A stretch of DNA of 64,000 bases, from the NCBI GenBank assembly GCA_050331235.1, contig JBHJHA010000046.1, forward strand, positions 1 to 64,000, given 5' to 3'. The translations under genes were made by a program, and so were the position numbers. This stretch comes from Leptolyngbyaceae cyanobacterium (GTDB taxonomy: Bacteria > Cyanobacteriota > Cyanobacteriia > Phormidesmidales > Phormidesmidaceae). The notes beneath the pieces are model-generated. The model ran no database searches and had not been told where the DNA came from. It saw only the letters and a list, made by a program, of their open reading frames with translations. Shown piece after piece: positions 48,455 through 58,607 of the stretch. Positions within the stretch are counted from its first letter, which is position 1; every line of letters begins with the position of its first letter.

Positions 48455-49900
48455 ATGCATCCCCAAACCCATCACTCTGCACGAAAGCTACCCTTAGATA
48501 TTCGTGCCCCCCAAGGTGTCCGATTCAAGAGGGCGTTGGGCTGGCCCCTGCAGCGATCGCTGTTTTTGATGCTGGCGGATATTACGGCTTTGATGCTGGC
48601 CTGGCATATTGCGCGATCGCTCAATCAGCTCTTTTCCCCCATTCCGTCTGAGCTGGTCTGGTGGACGTGGTTGTCGATTCCCAGCCCTTTGTGGATTTTG
48701 GGAGCCTGCACTTTATTCCTAATCGGGTTCGCTGGCTTATATCGAGCCCAGTACCAGATTAAAAATTATCTGCGGGCCGGCAAATTACTAAGCCTCATTT
48801 ACTTGGCATCCCTCGTGCTGATGTATTTTTATGACCCCAAGCTGGATTTACCGCGATCGCTATTTTTCTCGGCTTGGCTATGCAGCGTGGTACTAGTCGT
48901 CCTGTTGCGACTAATATCCAGCGTGGTCCTTCGCTCAGTGGAGCGATCGTGCATCCCCAACACCGTTTTCCTGATTGCTCCTGCCCAACGGTTACAGCCT
49001 TTAGCCAAAGTCCTCTTCCAGCGGGCCAACATTCGCGTCATTGGTGCCGCCTTGCCCAACACCGCCAATTCTGAGGCGACCTTTCAATCGATTTTGGCAG
49101 CCAATGCCCCCCTTGTCCTAGTGGAAAGTATTCCTACTGCTGACTTGGCTTCCGAGTTGTACTGGAAGCTACAGCGGGCGGGGATTGCGATGCAGTTGGT
49201 GCCTGACAGCCGTGATATGCTCTTTCGCCGCGGCACCCCGGAAACCCTGGCCGGCATTCCGACTCTCCGACTGGATGTCTCAGCGGTGGGTAACTGGGAA
49301 TATCGCCTCAAGCGCTTTGTCGATTATCTGGGAGCCGGGGTTGGGGCAGTGCTATTGGTACCGGTGTTTTTGGTTATTACCTTGTTGATAAAACTTGATT
49401 CACCGGGGCCAGTCTTTTTTCGCCAAGAGCGGGTTGGTCTGCACGGTCAGCGATTTTGGGTTTGGAAATTTCGGACGATGTGTCTCGATGCTGATCGCCA
49501 ACAGGTACACCTGGAGCAGCACAACGTTTCGGCAGACGGCATTTTGTTCAAAGTCAAACGAGATCCGCGCATCACTCGGGTAGGCGCTTTTTTGCGACGC
49601 ACGAGCTTGGACGAGCTGCCGCAAATCTTAAATGTTTTGCGAGGGGAAATGACCTTGGTTGGGCCTCGTCCCCTGCCGGTGCGGGATGTCGCTCGATTCG
49701 ACGGCTGGCATCACATCCGCCATCAGGTATTGCCGGGTATCACGGGACTCTGGCAGATCTCAGGTCGGTCTAATATTGACAGCTTTGATGATGTGGCGCG
49801 GCTCGATCTGCACTACATCGATAACTGGTCACTCAACCTAGATTTAGAAATCTTGGCGGAAACTCTACGAATTGTCATCGTGGGGAAAGGCGCTTACTAA
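48455..49900 (+). CDS. Polyprenyl-phosphate sugar transferase (WcaJ/WbaP-like initiating GT)
   Basis: KRFVDY, DSPGPVFFRQERVG, KFRTM, DPRITRVG.FLR.TSLDELPQ, GPRP, PGITGLWQ. Confidence 0.93.
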   Translation: MHPQTHHSARKLPLDIRAPQGVRFKRALGWPLQRSLFLMLADITALMLAWHIARSLNQLFSPIPSELVWWTWLSIPSPLWILGACTLFLIGFAGLYRAQYQIKNYLRAGKLLSLIYLASLVLMYFYDPKLDLPRSLFFSAWLCSVVLVVLLRLISSVVLRSVERSCIPNTVFLIAPAQRLQPLAKVLFQRANIRVIGAALPNTANSEATFQSILAANAPLVLVESIPTADLASELYWKLQRAGIAMQLVPDSRDMLFRRGTPETLAGIPTLRLDVSAVGNWEYRLKRFVDYLGAGVGAVLLVPVFLVITLLIKLDSPGPVFFRQERVGLHGQRFWVWKFRTMCLDADRQQVHLEQHNVSADGILFKVKRDPRITRVGAFLRRTSLDELPQILNVLRGEMTLVGPRPLPVRDVARFDGWHHIRHQVLPGITGLWQISGRSNIDSFDDVARLDLHYIDNWSLNLDLEILAETLRIVIVGKGAY

Positions 49901-50093
49901 GGGCTGCCATTATTTGATAGTCCAACCATTTCAGAGATAGATGACAGCCCTGAGCTGGTGAAGGGAGTGCAGGCGCGATGTCGTGTAGCCTCAAGGGTGG
50001 CTGGGATGGAAGAATGACACCTCCTAGAACACCGATCTCTAGACTCGGCGGGCAGAAATCTGAGTGTGATATGCAGAGCGAGACAGGATCCCC

Positions 50094-52631
50094 ATGACCG
50101 AAAACGCTTCATCGCCGCTTAAGCTCAGCAATCATGCTGACGGCAACCTGCTAGTTCTACTTATCAGCGGTCTGTACGTCCTATTTACCTTTGTCAGCAG
50201 CACTCAAAATATCATCTGGCCGTGGGTGGTCCTCTGGCAGGCAGTACTCATCCTGCCAATGGTGTGGCTATTGTGGCAGCTCTGGCATAAGCGGCTGAGT
50301 CGATTTCGTCTGGGCCAGGGCTTTGACTGGTTGGCAGGATTAGTCCTGCTGGGGGTGGCCCTATCCACTGCGATCGCCCCCTTTGCTCAACCGGCTATCT
50401 GGTATAGCATCGGAGCCTTGAGTGGACTGGCTTTGCTGTACAGCTTGGTGGGATGGCTGACGCCGGCCCGAGCCCATTGGCTGTTAGTCAATCAGGGATA
50501 TCTCGCGATCGCCTTTATCTTGGTCAGCTTGGTTCGCTGGGGCTGGCAAATCTATCGACCCGAGATGCAGCGGTTGGCGGCGCTGCGGGCCTACGGCTTA
50601 GCGGTAGAGTTTGATGCGAGCGCCCTCGGGTTGAGAAACTGGTATCCGCTCGGTCACCAAAACTATGTGGCCGGTTACCTACTGCTGATGGGGCCGCTGC
50701 TAGTCGGCCTAGCCATCAGCGACAAAACTTGGCGGCGTTGGCTCTGGGTCATAGGCCTCGGACTGGCCCTCATTGATCTCTACACGACTAACTCCCGGGG
50801 CGCGACGCTGGGGTTCTTAGCTTTGCTGATACCGGCGATCTTGAGCATTCTTATCTTGAGCCGCTGGCCTCGCCGCCTGTGGTTGCCTGTGAGTTCGGTC
50901 AGTTTAGCCCTAGCCGGCATTTTTGTCTTGACCAATGTCCGACTGCGGGAGTCCATCGCGGCCATTAGCCGAGGTAGCTTTGCCGGTGGGGGCGTCGTTT
51001 ACCGGGCCATTACGAATGTAATTGGCTGGCACATGGGGCAGCAGCGCCCGTGGGCTGGTGAAGGCTTAGGCAGTGTCCTCGTCGTCTTTCAAAAATATCG
51101 CCCCCATTGGGCCGGACAGGAAGCGGAACTGCATTACCAGCTCCACAGCACCCCGGCCCAGCTCTGGGGTGAGCTGGGCCTCTGGGGCGTCGGTTTACCT
51201 CTCGCCGGTGCCGCATTGCTGCTGCTAGCCTTGGGGCGACGGTCCTCTGCCCCTGACCAAGAGCGCCTGCCGTCATCCCTGCGGTGGAGCTTGGTTGCTG
51301 CTTTTTGGGGCTATGGCGTGTTCGGCCTCACGGACTACCAGCTTGATGTCATTCCGATCAGCGGGGTGCTGTTGATTTTTACCGCCATCTTGCTAGCTGA
51401 TTTGCGATCGCCAGCCCCATTGCCGACAGAGACCTCGCCGCCGCGATGGCAAAAAGGAAGCGTACTGGCGGGGGTCGGGCTAGTGGTGGCTTTAGTGATT
51501 TGGTTGGTGCCGTTGCATCGAGCATGGGCTGTGTCCGCCCAGGGATTTGTAGAGCTGAGTAAAAACAATCTGCCAGGTTTTGTTACGGAGCTGCAGCGAG
51601 CCAGCAATTTGTCCGCTGGGGATGCCTATTATCCCTTTATGCTGGGATGGGTATTGGGCGATCTGAGCTACCAGGTAGAAAACCCGGAGATTGCTACAGC
51701 GCTCAAAGCGGATGCCATTCCTTGGTTGCAGCGGGGCAACCGAGTCTCACCCTATCAAGAATTTGGGCACTCCAATTTAGCCTGGCTGGAGCTGCCAGAA
51801 AATCCCCCCGCGGCGATCGCGGAATTTGCCCAATCGGCCACCCTCGTGCCCGCTAAGCAGGGCGTATTTTTTGGTCTCGGATATAGCCTTTACCTAGAGG
51901 GCCAACGGGAACTTGCGGTCGAGGCGATCGCTTTAGAAATTCTCCGAAATCCGCTCGTCATTACCCATCGAGCCTTAAACGAGGGAGTTTTGAGTGATCT
52001 CTTGCCGGCAATTCGCGATCGCGTAGACAGTTTGGTCGACGAGCTGCTAGCCGCCCCCGATGCAACCAGGACGACGGGCCTGCTGCGGCAAATTCGCGGG
52101 ACTCTCCACTGGTGGACGGACGATCTGGCCAGCGCGGCGGCCGATTGGGCTGTCTCTCAAGAGCCCACGAGCTTGGCAGTCTTAGCCACGGCACAAAACG
52201 AACCAGTGGCTCTAGAGGACTTACCCGACTCCCCCGGTAAGTTTGCCCTTCAGGCGTGGCGGTCTCCAGAACAGCGGCGGCAGTGGCTAGAAACGGCTTG
52301 GCTGGCCTACGAAGAAGACCTCCCGCAGCTGGCCCTAGCTGAGGCCCCGGCACAGCAAATCAGTGCCCTCGTGAATACTATGAATGCCGCTGACAGCTTT
52401 GACCAATGGCTCAAGGCTACTGCCCCCTACATTCGTCTGAGAAATGAGCGTTTGGGATTTGGCGTCTTGATGCGCCACGACGATGGGCCAAGCCCAACCG
52501 ATTACTACCTGCGCCTCGAAAATTTGGCCATGACTCGATTTTTTGAGGTAATGCTGCCGTCGCCTCCCTATTTCGCCCCTTTAGATCGGCAGCTGCAGCC
52601 CTATCGAGAGGCGCTGCTAGCTGAACTGTAG
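50094..52631 (+). CDS. O-antigen ligase (Wzy_C) family protein with C-terminal TPR-like region
   Basis: GHQNYVAGY, TNSRG, G.GLG, HSTPAQLWGELG.WG; helical C-terminus. Confidence 0.8.
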   Translation: MTENASSPLKLSNHADGNLLVLLISGLYVLFTFVSSTQNIIWPWVVLWQAVLILPMVWLLWQLWHKRLSRFRLGQGFDWLAGLVLLGVALSTAIAPFAQPAIWYSIGALSGLALLYSLVGWLTPARAHWLLVNQGYLAIAFILVSLVRWGWQIYRPEMQRLAALRAYGLAVEFDASALGLRNWYPLGHQNYVAGYLLLMGPLLVGLAISDKTWRRWLWVIGLGLALIDLYTTNSRGATLGFLALLIPAILSILILSRWPRRLWLPVSSVSLALAGIFVLTNVRLRESIAAISRGSFAGGGVVYRAITNVIGWHMGQQRPWAGEGLGSVLVVFQKYRPHWAGQEAELHYQLHSTPAQLWGELGLWGVGLPLAGAALLLLALGRRSSAPDQERLPSSLRWSLVAAFWGYGVFGLTDYQLDVIPISGVLLIFTAILLADLRSPAPLPTETSPPRWQKGSVLAGVGLVVALVIWLVPLHRAWAVSAQGFVELSKNNLPGFVTELQRASNLSAGDAYYPFMLGWVLGDLSYQVENPEIATALKADAIPWLQRGNRVSPYQEFGHSNLAWLELPENPPAAIAEFAQSATLVPAKQGVFFGLGYSLYLEGQRELAVEAIALEILRNPLVITHRALNEGVLSDLLPAIRDRVDSLVDELLAAPDATRTTGLLRQIRGTLHWWTDDLASAAADWAVSQEPTSLAVLATAQNEPVALEDLPDSPGKFALQAWRSPEQRRQWLETAWLAYEEDLPQLALAEAPAQQISALVNTMNAADSFDQWLKATAPYIRLRNERLGFGVLMRHDDGPSPTDYYLRLENLAMTRFFEVMLPSPPYFAPLDRQLQPYREALLAEL

Positions 52632-52900
52632 CAATGGTCAGGTTGAGCCGCGACGATTAGTTAAAAGTTGGGCCTAAGGTGTAACGTGACGGGTACAAAA
52701 TGAGCTTTTCCCATTGGCAAACCGCTATCTCGCTTTAGTCAACTAGACAGGCTGCGTAATGTCAGAGTGGTCTCTGGGAGTAATCGGCTCAAGCTGCTGG
52801 GGGGAGCGAGTGATGAATCTATGTTCTGGAATTTTGCAACCGGGGGTATGGAAGGTTGGTCACGTCAGCAACCGAGCGACTTTTGTGCAAGGGACAGCTT

Positions 52901-54298
52901 CTATTTGGGGGCTTCGCTGAGCAGCGGTAGCTGAATGCTCACAGCGGTGCCCTGGTGAGGTTGGCTACGAATCTGGATGTCACCTCCGTGATTATCCACG
53001 ATTACTTTAGCAATCGCTAAGCCGAGGCCAGAGCCCGTGGCTGAGGAACGCTGGCGCGCTGGGTCAGCCCGATAAAAGCGATCAAAGATGTGGGGAAGCG
53101 CATCGGGGGCAATGCCGACGCCCGTATCTTTGACCGTGATGCAAATTGCCGGTTGGCTTTGCAGTTTGGCCTCGTCTAGGCTGATCTCAACCAGTCCATC
53201 GTTAGGGGTATATTGCAGACTGTTGCCAATGACATTGGTAAATAGGCGCGTCAACTGATCGGCATCGCCGTTAACCGTCCAATTGGGCGGCGCTGGATGA
53301 GTGGACGCGGCCTGGGTCAAAGCTACCAGCGCATTTTCGCAAGCTTGGCAGGTCAGCTGAATCCGCTTGTAGTCGGCGATCGCCTCCTGCTCTTCAATGA
53401 CGTCCGTCAACAACAGGGAAATGTCGACGGGTTCGGTCTTTAGGGGAACTAAACCGCCATCGTGTCGCGCCAAAAAAAGCAGATCATCCACCAAGCGTCC
53501 TAGCCGTCGGGTCAGCCGTTCGATTACCTGGAGCTGCTGATGTTGGGCGGCGGGGTCCGGGTCGGGGTCGGCCAAAGCCACTTGGGCATTGGTTTGGATC
53601 ACCGCGATGGGGTTGCGCAATTCATGGGAGGCGTCGGCGGTAAACTGCTTGAGCTGCTGATAGGAATCCCGCACTGGAGCGATCGCAATACCCGACAGCA
53701 GCCAGCCTACGGCAGCTACGGCAGCCACCATCAGGCTGATGCCTAGCGAGAGATCTTGGAGGAATTTGCGGCTGGGCTTTGTCACCTCAAACCAAGGATG
53801 ACTAACCCGTAAATAACCCAAAACCTGATCGCCCGCCATGATGCGCTCAGTCATCTGGCGCACGACCTGTTCTTCGTTAATGGGGACCGTTTTGCCCTGG
53901 TGATTGACCTTGATCGGCAGCTGTAGCGGCTCCGACAACGTCGTCCAAAGCAGTTGACCAGTGGGGCTAAACCATTCCAGATCAATGTGGTCATCTTCCG
54001 TGGTCGGAGCATTGTCGCGAAAGCTGGCTTCCACATTGACCTGTAGAGACGGTGCCCGCAGACCAATGTTGGTCAGACTCGTTGCCATGGTGGCTTGATA
54101 GGGCTCGATCACCAGCGATCGCTGCACAATCTCGACCACATGGTTGAGCGTATCGTCCACCCGCTCCACGAGAGTAGTGCGCACATAGAGATATACCCCG
54201 CTGGCAAACAGCAGCAGGACGATCGCAGTCACGGTGGTATACCACAGTGCGAGGCGGCGGCGGGTGGTCTGAAACATGGCCGATTGCGATGCTGTCAT
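52901..54298 (-). CDS. Membrane sensor histidine kinase (resembles ManS/Hik27-type kinases)
   Basis: Two TMs with a periplasmic EDDHIDLEWF segment; ADASHELRNP, DTGVGI, FYRAD, GSGLGL. Confidence 0.85.
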   Translation of the reverse strand: MTASQSAMFQTTRRRLALWYTTVTAIVLLLFASGVYLYVRTTLVERVDDTLNHVVEIVQRSLVIEPYQATMATSLTNIGLRAPSLQVNVEASFRDNAPTTEDDHIDLEWFSPTGQLLWTTLSEPLQLPIKVNHQGKTVPINEEQVVRQMTERIMAGDQVLGYLRVSHPWFEVTKPSRKFLQDLSLGISLMVAAVAAVGWLLSGIAIAPVRDSYQQLKQFTADASHELRNPIAVIQTNAQVALADPDPDPAAQHQQLQVIERLTRRLGRLVDDLLFLARHDGGLVPLKTEPVDISLLLTDVIEEQEAIADYKRIQLTCQACENALVALTQAASTHPAPPNWTVNGDADQLTRLFTNVIGNSLQYTPNDGLVEISLDEAKLQSQPAICITVKDTGVGIAPDALPHIFDRFYRADPARQRSSATGSGLGLAIAKVIVDNHGGDIQIRSQPHQGTAVSIQLPLLSEAPK

Positions 54299-54357
54299 GG
54301 GGTTAATTGGTTTAGTGAGCTTGTGCAGGGGATTCCAGCCAACTTAACCGCTGCTTT

Positions 54358-55299
54358 CTACCCTCCATTGGGGGCTTCGTCAGGGGTGTCTCTACCCGCT
54401 GACGGTGATGAATGCACTGTCAATTTGCCGGCATCGCCATCTAAGGTGGCGATCGCCCCGACGGGCAAAGCAGCGTTGACGCCGTCATGGCCAAAGGGCA
54501 GATTGGCCACTATCGGTACTCCCAAGTCGCCCAGGCGATCGCGCAGCACCGCTTCAACGCTCAGGCTGGTAGCAGCATCAGTGGGGTCACAGCGGCTAAA
54601 CCGGCCTATGGCGATTCCCCCAATGGCGGCAAACCGGCCCAACATTCGCCAGTGGGTCAGCATTCGATCAATGCGATAGGGGGCTTCAGTGACATCTTCA
54701 AACGCGAGAATCGCCCCCGACAAATCAGGCTCATGGCGGGTCCCCAACAGATGGGTGGCCACAGTAAGGTTAGCCGGTAGGAGCCGGCCCTTGACCATGC
54801 CAGTGCTCCACCCCTGACCAGTTAAGGGGGTGATTGATCGACCGGTCACCCAGTCAAATAGCCGCCGTTGCGACCAGTCTGGTTCTTGATCCAGTGTTGT
54901 CAACAAAGGACCATGAACTCCGCCGATTCCCCGCTGCCCGAGACTCCATAACAGGCTTGTAATATCAGAAAACCCAATTAGCCATTTCGGCTCGGTGGAG
55001 GGCCAAGCCCATGACTCCAATAGCCGGGTGCCGCCATAGCCGCCCCGGGCGCATAAAATTCCCCGGCAACTCGGCGATCGCCAGGCAGAGAGCAATTGCC
55101 GCCGCCGATTAGTATCCGTACCGGCCAAGTAGCCCCAGCGATCGCCACATCCCTGGGCGCGAGTCACTTGGTAGCCTTCAGCCTCCCAACGAGCGATCCC
55201 AGCTTCAACGGCCGCCTGTTCCTTGAGAGCGCCGCTGGGAGCAATTACCTGCAACTCGTCCCCTGGCTGCAGCGGCGGCGGCAATCGATAGGCCATCAT
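54358..55299 (-). CDS. ldcA: LD-carboxypeptidase (peptidase S66)
   Basis: RGGYG, GFSDIT, FEDVTE, PFGH; ATG overlaps the upstream stop (ATGA). Confidence 0.9.
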   Translation of the reverse strand: MMAYRLPPPLQPGDELQVIAPSGALKEQAAVEAGIARWEAEGYQVTRAQGCGDRWGYLAGTDTNRRRQLLSAWRSPSCRGILCARGGYGGTRLLESWAWPSTEPKWLIGFSDITSLLWSLGQRGIGGVHGPLLTTLDQEPDWSQRRLFDWVTGRSITPLTGQGWSTGMVKGRLLPANLTVATHLLGTRHEPDLSGAILAFEDVTEAPYRIDRMLTHWRMLGRFAAIGGIAIGRFSRCDPTDAATSLSVEAVLRDRLGDLGVPIVANLPFGHDGVNAALPVGAIATLDGDAGKLTVHSSPSAGRDTPDEAPNGG

Positions 55300-55919
55300 C
55301 GCCGGTGACAAGGTAATGTTGCATCATCCGCTGGAGCCGGGCTGAGGTCCTGCACCATGCTATCGCCCGCCCCCTTGGGCGATAGGCTTTGCAGATGGTT
55401 TTGCCGCATAAATTGCAGATAGGTGCTCATCAGCGACCAACTCAAGGCTGGCTGATCGCCCTGCGGGGCACAGTCGTTGCGTAAATAGCTGCGTCCAGCC
55501 GCCGTTAGCCACACTTCCCCAAGCTTTTGCTGCGTGATCCGAATCAGCCCTTGGCGGGCCAAGCCCGCGATGAGCGACTGCCGTAAATTGCTTGGCACCC
55601 GAGCACTGATTTGTGCTGGAGTGATGCTGCGATCACGACACGACTGCAAGATATATCGCTCATCGGGGGTAATGGGTAAGACTGACCGATCAAGCTCTAA
55701 AAGCGTGCGCCCGGTGGCCGATAGGCCTATTCGAGTGGCTAGCACGCTGAAATCAACGAGCCCCTGCTGCTGGAGTTGTTGGTAAAGGCGATCGCGTTGG
55801 GCTGACGCCAATTTAGGCAGTGGTTGCAAGTCAGTCACCGGCGCACGGTACCCCGGATATTTTAAGAGCCAAAGGAGGGCCTTTAGCTCGGCCGAACTCA
55901 GTAAGACAGAAGCGGACAC
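55296..55919 (-). CDS. RcaD-like winged-helix protein (apparently short form)
   Basis: ELK.LL.LL...YR, GLVDFS, G..LL.LD...LPIT, EVWLT..G..YLR, L...YL.F.R pattern recalled for RcaD-family proteins. Confidence 0.55.
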   Translation of the reverse strand: MSASVLLSSAELKALLWLLKYPGYRAPVTDLQPLPKLASAQRDRLYQQLQQQGLVDFSVLATRIGLSATGRTLLELDRSVLPITPDERYILQSCRDRSITPAQISARVPSNLRQSLIAGLARQGLIRITQQKLGEVWLTAAGRSYLRNDCAPQGDQPALSWSLMSTYLQFMRQNHLQSLSPKGAGDSMVQDLSPAPADDATLPCHRR

Positions 55920-56194
55920 GTAACCCCTTGAGTCGCTGAACTTTGCCTAGTGTAGCGGAGACCACTCCGGGATAAGCGGAGCCAACCGCGACATCGGTTG
56001 CAAAAATCGGTGCGATTGTAAACAACTGGCTGAGGAGCAGCAATTGTATTGAAAAAATTGGGTATTGATAAAGCACGTATTCTCGAACGCTGACGGATTC
56101 CCCCGACCCTTTAGCGAAGACGTTGCCTCAGTCGCGCATCGGCAAGCAGTCACCAGGCTCGACTAGATAAAGGAGGTTTGTTAAAGAAAACAGG

Positions 56195-58573
56195 GTGTTT
56201 TGTCTAGATCCATGCAGAAAAATTGCTAGGGTTTTCTTCTCTATTCGCTTTTTCGATTTAGATCCAAGGTTGTCTTTGTTGCATTCTCGAGACTTTGCTG
56301 ACAGTGCTTCTGGTTGGAGACTAAGCTCAGAGACCACTCCTCCAGATACCTCAGCATTAGTCAAGTTTCTTCCACTGTTTGAGCACCTACACGAAGGTGT
56401 GCAAATTTTTGCTGTGGATGGCACTTTGATTTACGCCAACCCATTAGCGATCGCGCATTTGGGGGCTACATCTTTAGAAGACTTACAGGCGGACAATGGG
56501 CAAACCGCCGGTCCCTGGCCAGGATTCCAAGACCTGACGGGCCAAGAGCTAGCCATGGAGGCTCATCCTTGCATACAAGCTTTGCAGGGGGAGACAGTCG
56601 CCGAGCAGTCGCTAGTCTATGTGGATCCGCAGCAGCTTACGCATCGGTTAGCCATTCGTGCATTTCCCCTCAGAGATGAGGCCGGTCAGATCCAGTTTGC
56701 TGCGGTGCTGAGCCATGAACTGTCACCTCTGAAGCCGCCCTCTCCAGGGTTGGAACCTGCAGTGCAAGCGGTTCAGCAAATCGCAGCGGTGATTCCCAGT
56801 TTGGTCGCCTGCCTCGACCTCCAGGAACGGCATCTATTTGCGAACCAGGCTTACCTCAGCACGTTTAACCACACAGCGGACTCGATTCAGGGAGTAGATT
56901 TGCAGACGGTGCTCGGCCCCGTCGGGTATCAACAGCTACGGGATCCGCTCCAGCAGGCCTGCAAAGGGCACGCCGCCGGTCTCTGTCTCCGGCTACACAA
57001 GGTCAAAACCCTGGCCCGCTATCAGCAGATCAGCATTATTCCTCGACTTAAAAACAGCCAGGTAAAGGGATTTTTCCTTGTCTTGAGTGATGTTGCGGCC
57101 CATCGACATACTAATGGCTTGCTGCAACACGAAAATCACTTTCTCCAATACTCCCTGGAAGCGGCTTCAATGGGGACTTGGGACTGGGATTTTGTGAACC
57201 ATACACTCATTTGGTCGGCCATCCAAGAACAGTTGTTTGGGCTATCTCCGGGGAGCTTTGATAGTCAGCCTGAGACATTTATGAACCTGGTTAACGATCG
57301 CGATCGCGAGAGCGTGAGTAATGCAGTCAACTGGGCCATGCAGCCGCAACAACTATTTATTGCGGAATTTCGCATCTTCCACGCTGACGGCACAACTCGC
57401 TGGCTCAGTCAGCGCGGCCAGGTTCTCAGAGACGACCAAGGCCAGGTGATTCGCATGGTTGGCGTGACTTTTGATATCACAGCCCAGCACGAAGCCCAGA
57501 TGCAACTGATGCATCAGATCAATCGGGAGCGCCTGATCGCCAAGGTTTCTCAAGATATCAGCCAGTCTGACCAACTAGCTGGAGTCCTAGGGGAGGCGTT
57601 GGAAGCTGTTAGGCAGCATTTGGCGGTTGACCGAGTCGCTATCGTTAATCTGCGGCAGGCACCGTCTGGAATTGTGACCGATGAGGCCTATGGCGACGGT
57701 GTCGAGTCCATGCTGGAGTGGAAAATGCGTCATCCTTGGTCGCTCAAGGCTAGCTACCTCAAGAAGTTTAAGTTGGGGCATCCACTGGCGGTCACGAACG
57801 TTCAAGAACAGTCTCTAGACGAGTCTGAACTGGGATTTTTGGAGTTTTTCAACATCGCGGCGGATCTGTCTATCCCGCTCTTGGAGGACAATAAGCTCTG
57901 GGGCATCCTTTCGGCCCAGTGTCAGCAACCACGTACATGGCAGCTCGATGAACAACGCCTGCTGCAAACGGTAGGTACGTTAGTGAGCACCGCCGTAGAG
58001 CGCGATCGCCTCACCCGTAACTTGACCCGAGCCAATCACAAACTTCAGCGATTTGCCTACTTAGATGGCTTGACCCGAGTGGCTAATCGCCGCCGCTTCG
58101 AAGAATTTTTGAATCAAGAATGGCGGCGGCTCATGCGGGAGCAGGCACCGATGGCGTTGATTATGGGGGACATCGACCATTTCAAAGCCTATAACGATGT
58201 GTATGGGCATCAGGCCGGGGACGACTGTCTCCGGCGAGTGGCGGGCATTTTGCGGAGCTCAATTCAGCGGCCAGCGGACATGGTGGCTCGATATGGCGGC
58301 GAGGAATTTGTCATGGTGCTACCCAATACTGATGTGGAGGGAGCCGAAACGGTTGCCAAGAAAGTCAAATCATTGCTTCATTCCAAACGGATTCCCCATA
58401 TTCAGTCCTCGGTAGCTGACTTTGTAACCATGAGTCTGGGCATCGCTGTGATGCGCCCGCATCCCCTCAAGTCTCCAGATGATTTGGTTAAACTCGCCGA
58501 TCGCGCCCTCTACAAAGCGAAGCAAGCAGGCCGCGATCGCATTGCGTGCCACAACTCCAACAAACGTTCGTGA
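56195..58573 (+). CDS. PAS-PAS-PAS-GAF-GGDEF diguanylate cyclase
   Basis: PAS/PAC motifs (GTWDWD, RMVGVTFDIT), GAF (LWGILSAQ..PR.W), DGLT.VANRR, RPAD I-site, GGEEF; start uncertain. Confidence 0.92.
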   Translation: MFCLDPCRKIARVFFSIRFFDLDPRLSLLHSRDFADSASGWRLSSETTPPDTSALVKFLPLFEHLHEGVQIFAVDGTLIYANPLAIAHLGATSLEDLQADNGQTAGPWPGFQDLTGQELAMEAHPCIQALQGETVAEQSLVYVDPQQLTHRLAIRAFPLRDEAGQIQFAAVLSHELSPLKPPSPGLEPAVQAVQQIAAVIPSLVACLDLQERHLFANQAYLSTFNHTADSIQGVDLQTVLGPVGYQQLRDPLQQACKGHAAGLCLRLHKVKTLARYQQISIIPRLKNSQVKGFFLVLSDVAAHRHTNGLLQHENHFLQYSLEAASMGTWDWDFVNHTLIWSAIQEQLFGLSPGSFDSQPETFMNLVNDRDRESVSNAVNWAMQPQQLFIAEFRIFHADGTTRWLSQRGQVLRDDQGQVIRMVGVTFDITAQHEAQMQLMHQINRERLIAKVSQDISQSDQLAGVLGEALEAVRQHLAVDRVAIVNLRQAPSGIVTDEAYGDGVESMLEWKMRHPWSLKASYLKKFKLGHPLAVTNVQEQSLDESELGFLEFFNIAADLSIPLLEDNKLWGILSAQCQQPRTWQLDEQRLLQTVGTLVSTAVERDRLTRNLTRANHKLQRFAYLDGLTRVANRRRFEEFLNQEWRRLMREQAPMALIMGDIDHFKAYNDVYGHQAGDDCLRRVAGILRSSIQRPADMVARYGGEEFVMVLPNTDVEGAETVAKKVKSLLHSKRIPHIQSSVADFVTMSLGIAVMRPHPLKSPDDLVKLADRALYKAKQAGRDRIACHNSNKRS

Positions 58574-58607
58574 AGGTGATGAGCTAAGGCTTACCAGCCG
58601 TGCTGCG

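Noticed and set aside
54095..54679. 194-aa + strand ORF
   Set aside because: Antisense to the kinase and ldcA genes; no motifs
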